Assembly: GCF_037042905.1 (NCBI RefSeq)
Contig: NC_087246.1
Location: 62,496,001-62,560,000, forward strand
Length of the DNA: 64,000 bases
Reading direction: 5' to 3'
Source: Lytechinus pictus
Taxonomy: Eukaryota
How positions within the stretch are numbered: the first letter of the stretch is position 1; every line of letters starts with the position of its first letter. Both the position numbers and the translations under genes were made by a program. Below are positions 27,186 to 38,406 of the stretch, one piece after another. The notes under the pieces are model-generated. The model ran no database searches. It was not told where the DNA came from and worked only from the letters and a program-made list of their open reading frames with translations.

Positions 27186-27251
27186 TTTAATCTATCAGAT
27201 TTCACAAGGAGAGCATATGGAACAAACTATATTGAGACATTGCGAGTTCAG
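27186..27251 (+). CDS. CFAP20: CFAP20 copy A, coding exon 3 ([22 protein letters not shown])
   Basis: Canonical splice sites, in frame. Confidence 0.95.
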
Positions 27252-28205
27252 GTATGTTTCATCTCTTTTTCCAATCTCCAAATATGATTCATTTAGTTTT
27301 GTTATTCCCACATTTAAGTGAAAACACCAAGAAATTTTATTAAAATTAGATATCAAATCATTGAAGCATTAATGCAATGATGAACATTAATATATATATT
27401 TCCATCTGCTGTGTTGATGTGTATGATTTCCTTGTATTCTGAGCTTTAAAGGGAATTCTGGAGCATGATTCAATTTGAAAAGGTGCAAAAAAAGTCCAGC
27501 AATGAAGCCCAGTGATATTTCATTTTTAAGCTGTGTTTTATAACATTATCCAGGCATGCAACATACTTTTGGTGGCAGGAGTGGGATGTGATATAGATTG
27601 AATGACAACTAAAGGCCATGGATGTGTTATTTATTTACTAATAGTTGATATGAGCATCTTGTGAGGATCAAAACCAATGCAGTGTTGCTTCAATGTCTTT
27701 GAACCTAGTGCCATGCTGAATAAGACTGTAATCTAGATAAATGAAGGCACTTGCAGTACATGTCAATTTCATAAGAAAGACTGTAAAACCAAGGGTAATT
27801 ATCAGTGTTATCACAGATCTAAATCTGGTACAGCTACATTAACTGAACAATAACACTCTCCATCAATAAAAGATTGAAAAAAAGGATAAAGAAATCAGGA
27901 AATCTAAGCTGAAAAATAATCACACTGAATATCACCAACACAGATAAGCACATGTTGTGGAACAGAGTATTATATTGCTTGGGAAAAGACCTAACATTGT
28001 GCTCGAAATTCATGCTTGTTTTTCATATTTCTCAGCAATTACACAATTTCTTCCAGAATCCTTTGGCACATACACCTTAGTGGTCATTTGATTGGATTCT
28101 GTACCATAGGCATTAAAAATATATTTCATTTACAAGTCATTGAGTTTTTTTAGTTTTCAACTTAGTATTTCCATTGTTTTTTAAATTTTATTCACCCTTG
28201 TACAG

Positions 28206-28328
28206 ATCCATGCTAACTGCCGAATCCGACGAGTATACTTCTCCGACAGACTGTATTCAGAAGACGAACTACCTGCAGAATTCAAACTTTACTTGCCTGT
28301 TCAGAAGGGTACCAACCAAAGGAGTTAA
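28206..28328 (+). CDS. CFAP20: CFAP20 copy A, coding exon 4 (IHANCRIRR...[11 protein letters not shown]); 195 aa in total
   Basis: Acceptor tacag, conserved C-terminus, TAA at 28326-28328. Confidence 0.95.
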   Translation: MHANCRIRRVYFSDRLYSEDELPAEFKLYLPVQKGTNQRS

Positions 28329-30509
28329 ACCCCCCAATGGGTATGGACATTCAAAGTGAAAGCAAAGACACTTTAGAACTCATTGTCAGCAATAGGGAAG
28401 AACCGATCCACATTGTTGACAAAAACCTCATTCAACTTTTCAGCCCTCATGCAGAGAAGTCGAACGTCTATGGTACGACTACTGTCGTGATCTGCGTATC
28501 GTTTTGATAAAGCAGGGTCGTTGATCCCTTCTTCAATTTGCGCCAAGAGAGGTGTAACAAAGTTTAAAGTGTATCTCTCTTTAACATGTGTTAGTGAGGC
28601 AAGTCTTAACTCAAAATGATATTTATGATTGTGAAATCCTGTCTAGTTTGTCAGGAAATTAGGTGAGCTTACCTTAGCAATAACTGCCAAGGAAATTGAA
28701 AAGATTTGCGATTGTCTAATGTGAACGAATATGTTCATAACTAGGCTGATGGACTGAAACTCGAGAAAATATGTTGAAATCAAAGCAGGCCTTTGCTATT
28801 TCCATTGCTCTCCCTTTTTCAGATGTTATGGAAATGGTTCCTTATTTAGATCTTGGATTCATGCTAAATGATCTTAATGAAAAGCATGCAATTGTAACAC
28901 TGAGCTTTCTCTTCATTTTAGGACTGCTTTTACCCCCAGTTTGTTATACATTCAAGACTTTATATGCATGTACCAGTACTTGAATTGAAAGCTGTAGAGA
29001 AAGGGCAACCATGATCGAGTGACATCTGATTTGAAATTCTTTCAAAGACTATCTACAAGAAATGAACAAAGAATGTTGGTCACTTACAAAATGCCTAATT
29101 GAAAGTCACCTTATGCTTTATTTCATTGTTAATGTAGCTGTTATAACATAAGTACTGTATGGTATATTGTATTTTTGTCTGTGTTTGTCTGTGCAGTCTG
29201 GCACTTGAGTCAAAGTTCATTAAATTACTATTCACTCCTTTGCATGCTTAGTACAGGTATTCACAGTTTGTGCTAATTGTTGCTACATTTTTAGTTGAAC
29301 AAAAAGTTGGTCACTATTAAACATCACATCATAATTTGGTCATAGATTGTATAGTGAGTTTAAATATGTATGTCAATAATGTCACCAAAGCTGACTAAAA
29401 ATGGGCTGCATGTCTTCATGAATTCTCAAAGCCATTATGAATCGATCAAGATAAGGAATTGTCCTTTGGATACAAGATTATATTGCTCTGCAATGATTTT
29501 TGGAAAATTAGTTAGTTTTTCAATACAACTCTAGGGTTATGCTAACTGATGATTCAAAGTTTCAAACGGTCCATTACAAATGCTCTACTTTTTTTCTTCA
29601 TTTTGATGTATGAAAATCTTTGGTGGTTAGAGGGAAACTGGGAATCAATCATCTCTTTTTTTCCTAAATAGGTAATATATTTAGCGTAATACATTAATTT
29701 ATTTAATTATAAAAAGTAATATGATTGAATTTGTTACTTTTAATACACTCTTTGCCTAAATATCAAATGAAGGACAATGCAAGTCTAGTAGACTAGAAAA
29801 GTTATCTGACATTTGTACTGTAATCTAGGGTAAGCTTATTGTGTATATAAATATCTCAAAATGACATTAATATGCCTGTAAATATATATATGTTATGTAA
29901 CTAAAGATTATGTCATGTAACCATGTTACAATACTCAGAAATATTTATGTTCTCTTCAGGCTTTTTCATATCAGACCATGATTTGACATGTGCTGATTCT
30001 AATAATCCAAATAGTTATTTTCTGAATTTAAATGTAAAAGAAGTTAGATCATGTTTACATATTAACTTTGTATTATGAACAGTGTTTTTAATGAGATGGT
30101 GCCATGTGATGTCTTTTTAAATTACATATCTTTATTCTATTATTTGGTTTTATCAACCTTATTTGCCTTAGGTTTTGAAGATTTTGTATTCAAAATGCAC
30201 CATCAAAAGCACTGTGCATAAGATAATAATATATGTTGTACTCTTACTATTATTTAAGTAATTGCTCTGCTCTTATGGAGTGCAGGATAACTTATTTTAA
30301 ATCACTGAGAATTGTCAATTATGTTCATGTAATCTGTGTACAATCAGATTCTACTTTGTCTTTTTTATATAGTTCAAGACAAAAATACACTTTATAAACA
30401 TGAAAGTTCTTGGCCTGTTATAGAAGTGAATTACTTTGTGCTTTGGTGAAATTTGTTTGAATTTTTGATAGTGTGGATGGTCCATAAATATCAGAATGAT
30501 TAAGGAAAT

Positions 30510-30702
30510 ATGGTGGTGATAAAGTTGATGATAATGGTGTGATGATGGTGGTGGTGATGGTAGTGATGATAATGACTGTGATGATATGGATGGTGTGTTG
30601 ATGATGATGATTGTGGTGGTGGTGATGATAGTGCTGATGAAAATGATGATATTGATTATTCTGGTTGTGAATGGGGTTGTGATGATTATGATGGTAATAA
30701 TA
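30510..30702. repeat. Degenerate (GAT/GGT)n microsatellite
   Basis: Triplet run. Confidence 0.85.
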
Positions 30703-30730
30703 AATTTCATTTGATATATATCTGTATGTC

Positions 30731-30773
30731 AGTCATGATCAAGAATCTCAAGTACTTCATGTTTTAGGTCTAG
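30731..30773 (+). pseudogene. Short relic fragment of CFAP20 exon sequence
   Basis: agtcatgatc---aagaatctcaag---tacttcatgttttaggtctag aligns to agtcatgatcatcaagaatctcaagaagtacttcacgtttgaggtccag of copy A exon 2. Confidence 0.65.
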
Positions 30774-33662
30774 CGGGATGTATAAGCTATTTAAATCCCT
30801 GCTTCTGACTGGTTGAGAGTAAATTTCACTGACAAGATGCTTCATTATCTCACAAATGAATTTGGTCTGATACCATTTTGCACAATAACCATTTGGTCCA
30901 TCAGTCAATTTGTCCGTGTAGTGGTCTAACTGCAATTGGTCTTATTTAAGTTTCTCTAAACTAACCTATTACCTCTCATAACCAAATGATCCAATTACTC
31001 TTGGTTTATTTATCATTTGGTATGGATGACAACGCGTTTTAAATATTTTACTATTTGCATTAAAAAAATGTTTTTCATTCTTTTCTTCTGAGTGGAGGGG
31101 TACAGTAAGGCAAAAACCATAGACATTGTTTTTTTTTGGGGGGTAAACAATATAGTGGCAAAATGTACCAACTTTATTATCCCACACCCATTCATGAAAT
31201 ACTGGATTTGCTACTGTCGCCCATATCAATTCTTTAATTTTATCTCTTACTTTACCTTCAATTACATATCTTTAAGTTTCTCTTTAACTAGTTTATGTTT
31301 CACACACACACACACACTCTCTAACACTTCTTTCCTATATTGCTCATCAAGTTTCATGCATTGTTCTTCCCGTTCCCTCAACTTTTATTTCAATTTTTCT
31401 TATTTCCTCATTCTTTTATTCCCTTTCCTTCCCCTTATTACTCTCGCATTCCACATATCATATTCCCCCACCCATTCACATCTATTTCATTCACTCTTTC
31501 CTCTTCAATCTCCCTAATTTCCAATTCAATTCTTCTGTTTTTCTCTTTCTTCTCTCTTTCTCTATCAATCACATTCCCTTCCAATGCTTTCACTGATTTA
31601 TGTTTCACAGTTCACACTCTCTCTTTTCAAGTTGTATTTCCTTTATTTTTCATCTAATTTTCCCATCTTTTGAATTTACTCTCAGCATAAGAACCTAATT
31701 CTTTAATCAATGCCTTTTAAAATAAATGCCACTGGATTGACAAGGCCTTGCATCTCTCTCTCTCTCTCTTTTTTTTTTGGGGGGGGGGTATCACTTTTTT
31801 AATAACAGACAACATCTCATGATTTCTTGTATTGTGCCATGTTAAAGAGGGACTTTCCAATTAGATAGTATTTATATATCTGACTTGTTTTCTCAACTTC
31901 CCAAACTCCTGAGGGTTCAATTTAAATCAGGTCTAAAGCTGTGTTATCAATATGGGAAGCCAATCACACAAATTCTTCAAAGTGCAGGTTCAACTTATCA
32001 GCTAATATGACACACAAATTATTCATAAATGTCTGGAGATCAATATCTTAAAATAGTTTTGTACCCCAATGATGCAAGAGAAAAGAAAACCGTAAAATGT
32101 TGGAAACGTAAAATGTTAACAAAATTTTGACATTTTGGTTTCCCATAATTTTCTAACAGAGCTAAACCATGGCACATTAAGTTGAACTGGACTTCAGAAT
32201 AAGGGCCACGGCTTTTTGAAATACAATGTTCAGTTGCCTGGGCAGTAATAAATGGAATACAAGAAGGAGACCATGTATTAAGTGAATTTTAAATAAATAT
32301 ATTTGAACATGAATTGTAACAATGCATAACAAGAGAAACATGCAACTTTAAGTCAATATAAGCATGGACTCATAACATGCTATTCCGTACTTAAAATTTG
32401 AATGAAAGAAATATTTACACCCTATTAATATAAGTATATACAAGTGAGGTATCTACCTCAACATTAAATTTCAGTTAAAACAACCACCAAAATAAAAAGA
32501 AAATAAATTGAAAATGAAAAAAAAATCTTAAATCCATTACATTTGACATACAAGTTGTGTCTCACACACAAATATATATGAATCAGTGTTCATTACTAAG
32601 AATAAATGCCTAACCCACAATTTGGCAATGCAGCATAAATAAATACACCACAAACAGTTTCAACATTTTCTTGAACATATAACTGTATCAAAGTAAACAC
32701 AAGTCCTTTGGTAATATGAGGTCAATACATTTGCTTGTCAATCAAAAAATTAATTAAGATAAAAATTTTCCAAAACAATTCTTATACTAGGGTCTGTAAA
32801 ATACTGTAACTTGATTCCAATGCCATGTGCAATATTGTTTTCCTTGGTGATTTTCTAACAAGGTTTCAAAACAAGTAAACATGTGCTCAATTAACATTTC
32901 CACTAACTTATGGTCATTACACACCTTGCAATTCGTCTATGCCCCAATAGTAAAAGAACATGTATTGCATATTTTGTAATGATATTGTAAATAGCTTTTT
33001 ATTTATTTAAGGTTCAGAATAACTATTTGAACACAAATGTCAATTTGTTATTGAAAGTTCAGAGCAATCGCCAAATTGGCTTAAGTCGTAGTCAATTGTA
33101 CAATTGCTATGATGTCATTACTACTTTAGAGTGAATTTGCTTTTATATTTATGAGGAATGAAATAACAATTTAATGCTACCTAATGATATCTAGAAATTT
33201 GGACAGTAGTATAGAACATGTTTTAATTTTCACATCAAATGTTAGAACACTTTTCTCTCCAAATCGAGTCATAAACCAGTTGTAAGGTATCCATTGGTTA
33301 TTACATGAATCCAAGTGCATACATCTGTTTGCTGAAGCATATTCTCCTTAGCACATAATTATAAATTCTAGACACTGAATTCATTTACTTCTTTCTCTAT
33401 TTGCCTAGGACCCTGATATCTAAAACCTTACTGAGTCAAATTGCACCAAAACATTTTTCAAACAATTCAACATTTCCCATTCATAGTAATATCAAGAAGA
33501 TAATTTCATAAAACAATTTTCTCCTCTAAAGTGAGAAGAAGGCGCACCATGAGTTTGCGTGAAGCACAAAATGTCTTCCAGCGACATTGTAATGTTCTTG
33601 TACATTGTCCAAAACAAATTTGATTTGGTATTGCAAGTCTTTTGTATGTTCAAGGTTCTCCG

Positions 33663-33785
33663 CTAATTCTTGGTTGCCATACCCTTTTGAATGGGCAAAT
33701 AGAGTTTGAATTCAGCAGGCAATTCGTCTTCTGAGTACAGTCTATCAGAGAAGTATACTCTTCGGATACGACAGTTGGCATGGAT
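33663..33785 (-). CDS. CFAP20: CFAP20 copy B, coding exon 5 (IHANCRIRR...[11 protein letters not shown]); 195 aa in total
   Basis: Reverse-strand translation; acceptor cccag; stop TAG. Confidence 0.95.
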   Translation of the reverse strand: MHANCRIRRVYFSDRLYSEDELPAEFKLYLPIQKGMATKN

Positions 33786-34267
33786 CTGGGGAGAAAAAAC
33801 AAAATGTGCCAGACAATTAGTTAACTAGATATCTTACTGAAAAGATAAGAATGTAATTCAAATAGCCTGCACACATTAACTAGAAGTATAATTATTAGAG
33901 AACCTTTAAGAGACACTTTTGCATTAACCTCCAATCCTGAATAAGTTGTTAAAGTTAAGCTAATCAATACAATATCTAATTCAATAATATAATTAAAAAT
34001 ATTAAAATAATACTTATTAATGGAAACTGAAAATGCTTGAATAATTATAGTTATCATTCGTGTAGGCTAATGGTACATCCAGACTTTTTCCTTCAAATTA
34101 TGAGAATTTCAAAGAATAACAATTGTTTTCAATTCGAAGGGTGAAATCTTACTTGAGAAAAATGGAAAGTTCTGTACGTGAATCAAGTAAGAAGATTTTA
34201 CTAAACAAAGGTGTTGATTTTTAAATCATAAATCTAGTATTTTGTAAAAATAAATGATATTACTTAC

Positions 34268-34333
34268 ATTTACTCTAATGGTCTCAATGTAGTTCGTTCC
34301 ATATGCTCTCCTTGTGAAATCTGACAAGTTGAA
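34268..34333 (-). CDS. CFAP20: CFAP20 copy B, coding exon 4 ([22 protein letters not shown])
   Basis: Canonical AG and GTAAG boundaries, 66 nt. Confidence 0.95.
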
Positions 34334-34539
34334 CTGTTTGATATAAACAAAATGAAAAAATATGGATTATAAAGTGCTGAAAGTAGACCCTACATGTATG
34401 TCGATATGCTTTGTTGTTCAGAAATAAAATATTCATGTTGAAGATCTGCAACCAATGTCTCCATCAATGTTATACAAAATAATAGTAAAATTTTATAGTG
34501 CTGAATACTATGTTGGCATGCATGCACACAATTCATTTA

Positions 34540-34722
34540 CTTTCTCCACTCCCTGGGGAGCATTCCAATAAGAGTTCCAAAACTCATTTATCAACTTGGT
34601 GGAGAGTGGCAAAATGTGGATTGACGCCTTGTCAAAGAGCACTACATGTAGGCTGCGATGGGATTCAATCAAACACACACGACCCTCTGATTACAAGGTG
34701 AGAGTCTGAACCACTACACAAT
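34540..34722 (-). mobile_element. Partial, degraded tRNA-derived SINE, family 2
   Basis: Matches the 44354-44711 copy (tggagagtggcaaa..tgtggattgacg; cacacgaccctctgattacaagg). Confidence 0.75.
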
Positions 34723-35410
34723 GATAATGATCAAAAGACAACCTAGTCATGATTTCCATGTAACTACCACAGTAGCAAAGTTGCCTTCAATGTGCAAGGC
34801 CCTTCTTTTGCCCCAACCCCCCCCCCCCCCCACAAAAGAATTGGAGTATGTACATGCATGAACGGTTTCAGAAGGAATTCTACGAAGAGAAAAAAACGTA
34901 ATTCAGCAAAGAATATGTAATCAAAGACAATTCTGTTCATTTGTCAATTTCAAAGATACTGCACAAGTCTAAAAACATTAAAACACATCAAGAAAGTACA
35001 TAACACAAAGAAATTAACAGTCATTGAAATTTTAAATTATTTCAAAACATTGTTAAATATGTGAGGATAATTACTTCACTTCAGAACAAGGAGGTTTCAT
35101 TTTAATACATCTTTGTTATGAATGAGCCTAAGGCTTCGCTGCCCATTCCCCCAAGCAAAAAGTGCCAATCACATACATTTATTTCATTCCAGAAATCAAA
35201 GAAACTCCAATGAAAGTTATGTTGTTGGAAACTTATTTACTGAAAAAGAAAATCAACTTTTGTTAATTATCTTTTAGGGGATAGCATCCCCCAAGCCCAA
35301 ACCAGTGCACCAGTGTAAAAAAAAGAAGACCAACACCCTCTTATTCAGAAAACAAATCCCTCTAAAACCAAAGTTCTTCCATGAAATACAAATTGAGAGT
35401 AAATAACTAC

Positions 35411-35645
35411 CTGAATTTGATTCCAGCCGTCATCTAGTCTCATGGGCATTGTGCAGATGAAAGGCTTGACACGCGTCGTACTTTGGTAGTTGCTCGCCCT
35501 GAAACGTCTCCTGACGTTCTTGTCGTCTAGCACCTGAACCTCAAACGTGAAGTACTTCTTGAGATTCTTGATGATCATGACTAAAAATGGGAGCTTGATA
35601 CCAAGGGTCTTTTTTGCATCAGATGGACATTCAATCAAAGTTGTG
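35411..35645 (-). CDS. CFAP20: CFAP20 copy B, coding exon 3 ([16 protein letters not shown]...GWNQIQ)
   Basis: Acceptor cacag, phase 2; donor GTAGTT; 235 nt. Confidence 0.95.
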
Positions 35646-35984
35646 CTGTGGGCAAATGAGAGATTTTTATAATATGGAGTTACCAGGTAAGCATTTTCAA
35701 CCAACAGAGAATTGCACAAAAAACATCTAGGGGTCTCCATTTCTTTAATGCTTTAAATATCTCTCTTACAATGATTTGTACTACCAATTCCTGAATACCA
35801 AGAACATAAAAAATTGTATCAACCACTAGAAAGATAGAACAGTACATTTAAAATGGATGACAATGATGATGATAATGACAACAATCACTCACTTGATAAC
35901 AGTCACAAAAAATTTTAAGATAACATCTTTAATATTTTAGCAACTACGAGAGAATCTTCAACAATAAATTCTTAAAAATAATTG

Positions 35985-36080
35985 TAATGATAATGATGAT
36001 GTCAATAATGATAATGATAATAATAATAATGACAATAATGATAATAATAATCATAATAATAACAATGACAATAATAATAG
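35985..36080. repeat. (AAT/GAT)n microsatellite in the copy-B-specific intron
   Basis: Triplet run. Confidence 0.85.
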
Positions 36081-36303
36081 AAGATTCTAAGTTATAAAGT
36101 GCAAAGAGAGGATACAAAGAAAAAATTTGAACTGTAAAATATAGATTAGAAACATGTGAAGCAAGTTTATTATGAATAGGGTCTTGATCTAAACAAAGAA
36201 ATAACACTGGAAACAATTCCTACAAGTCAAAATTGAAAATAAATATAGATTAATCCTGAATACAATCATTTCAAAATTGAAAATAGAACAAAAAAAAACT
36301 TAC

Positions 36304-36383
36304 CTGACATTTGTTCCTACAATTTCCAGTACAAGTGACTGGATGTCATTGTCTGTGATTCTTTTGATATGGCCATTCCTCAC
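36304..36383 (-). CDS. CFAP20: CFAP20 copy B, coding exon 2 ([27 protein letters not shown])
   Basis: 80-nt exon with AG and GTAAG boundaries. Confidence 0.95.
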
Positions 36384-36637
36384 CTAAAACAAATAAATGA
36401 AAATAAAGTCACACACAAAAAAAATCAAATCTACTCTTAATTTGTGAGAAGCGTAGCTGCGGGGTACTAAAAGACAAGTTTAACTTCCTGATTTCAACTT
36501 CTTATCTTCAATTCTATTTTCATGTGGTTATCATCTTCCTGTTCCTTACTCCACTTAAGGTCCAATTCCGACTCAAGGAATACAAGACTCAGAGAATAGG
36601 AACCAAGTCCTGTTAAAAAAAAATTCTGCATATTGTC

Positions 36638-36726
36638 TACCTCGGGCGATGTTCGTGCAGGCTAGGTGGAGCGTAGTGTAGCGGTAGTGAAGTGGAGTGG
36701 AGCCTGCACGAACATCGCCTGAGGTA
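36638..36726. mobile_element. 89-bp hairpin mini-element with a 9-bp target duplication (CATATTGTC)
   Basis: 26-bp inverted repeat with one mismatch; CATATTGTC at 36629-36637 and 36727-36735. Confidence 0.8.
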
Positions 36727-37012
36727 CATATTGTCTAAATATGTACTAGTGAGTCTATCCACACATTTGTCCAGACACACTGAAAAGCAGTAGATTCTTT
36801 CTCACAAGATAAATCAGCTGCATGTCTTAATCTCTAAAAGTTAAAATCTGTAGTCTGCCCATTTTGGCAAGCTTCTCAAGATAGACCATGGTTCTGACAG
36901 AAGCCACCCCGCTACCCCGGGCGTTGTTATGCACAGAAAATATGGTCTGCAAAATCATTTGCTGCTGAATAAAAACACCTTACAATTTTTAATTTGGAAC
37001 ATCCAAACTCAC

Positions 37013-37096
37013 CTTTTTATCCCATATCTGCAAAGGTTTACTGCCTATGCTGTATAATATGGACAAAAATCCACTCTGGAATGTGTTTTTGAACAT
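37013..37096 (-). CDS. CFAP20: CFAP20 copy B, coding exon 1 ([28 protein letters not shown])
   Basis: Reverse-strand translation identical to the copy A exon 1 peptide; donor GTGAG. Confidence 0.96.
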
Positions 37097-37169
37097 TTTG
37101 GCGAGTTGAAGTAATCAATGAGTTTGAAAATTTAGAGAACGCTCTAACGTAACCGTGCTTCGTGGCGTC

Positions 37170-37293
37170 TTGTTGCTAACTGACAGCACTATTTTGTGTT
37201 TTGCGAGAATACACACATCACACACGTGTGTTTCGCACTAGTGACTTATCACAATAGACCCATGGTCGCTTAGTTACGTAGTGAATGGCAACG
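37170..37293 (-). promoter_or_regulatory. CFAP20-B promoter with RFX X-box-like motifs
   Basis: GTCGCTTAGTTAC (37265-37277) plus GTTGCTA and TGGCAAC half-sites just upstream of the ATG. Confidence 0.5.
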
Positions 37294-38406
37294 CCAAGCG
37301 GCAATCTCGTCATCATCATCAATCGATGAGGTTATTTCGGGGGTATTAAAATTTTCATTCATTGCTCCCCATCCCCGGCGGCCGCGACGGCCGGGCCGGT
37401 GCCCTTCCTCATCAAAACAGGGGCAGCGCCTGTGTATGTGTGTGTGTGTATGTGGGGGGGGGGGGGGGTTGAAGCCAGAGGGGATGCCCCAACAACCCCA
37501 ACAACGTCCCCAAAAGAAAAAAGGGGGGAGGGGGAAAGCGAAGGGAGAGAACAGAGAAGAGGGGGTTGTTGGGGTTTTTTTCTCATTATTTTTTCTCGAA
37601 AGAAGAATTAAAAAAAAAAACCAGACAAAACGTATTTTCGCTTTATACATAAATATATTTTCCTGGTTCCCGATGTCTGCTTGGTAGAATTGATTTTATA
37701 ATATGCCATTCCCGCAGCTTTCCCGTTTGTTTTCCCACTTCCTTTCTATAGGCCCTACCCTATAATATTATGTACCTACCCCGTTTTCCACCCCGGCCAC
37801 GGCAATACAGTGTATTTTTATATACCGATACCTGGAATAAAAGTAGAAGTTTAAGTATACATGAAAATCATTGTCCTCCAAACTGATGACATAGAATTTT
37901 TGGTCGTACGGGTAAACTATTTTCTACCGCCACTTCCAATAGGCTACTTCTTCCGATTCTCAACAAGATTAGGCTTATAAATACAAGACTAGATTCGATG
38001 AAACTTTACTATATCCTGATATACATACATCTCCTGTCTTGTTTTGCGCCCTTAATTTTGTCTTAATCATACAAAAGGATACTTTCTTGGTATTCTTGGT
38101 AGATTAGCCCTCAATTTCTAAGGGAAGGGCTAGATAGTTTCTTGAAGGTAGCTACTGTAGGTGCAGACACACCAAGTGGAAGTTTGTTCCACTGATGGAC
38201 CACTCTGTTGCTGAAGAAATGGCCCGTTAGTTGTGTTCTGGAACGGCTTTGGAACAATTATAATTTTCTGGAATGACCTCTTTAACTTTTTTAGGTTGAG
38301 AGAAGAAACTTTGGGCTGAATTTCCATAGTACCCATTTAAATATTTAAAAGTGTTAAATAAGATCTGCTTTAATTCTCCTCTCCTCCAAAGATTCAGATG
38401 GAATTC

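Noticed and set aside
35646-35740. METPRCFL... N-terminus of the 131-aa ORF
   Set aside because: Intronic read-through upstream of the CFAP20-B exon 3 acceptor
33663-37096. CFAP20 copy B as an uncollapsed haplotype or pseudogene
   Set aside because: Different intron number, unalignable introns, heavy synonymous divergence, intact frame and splice sites
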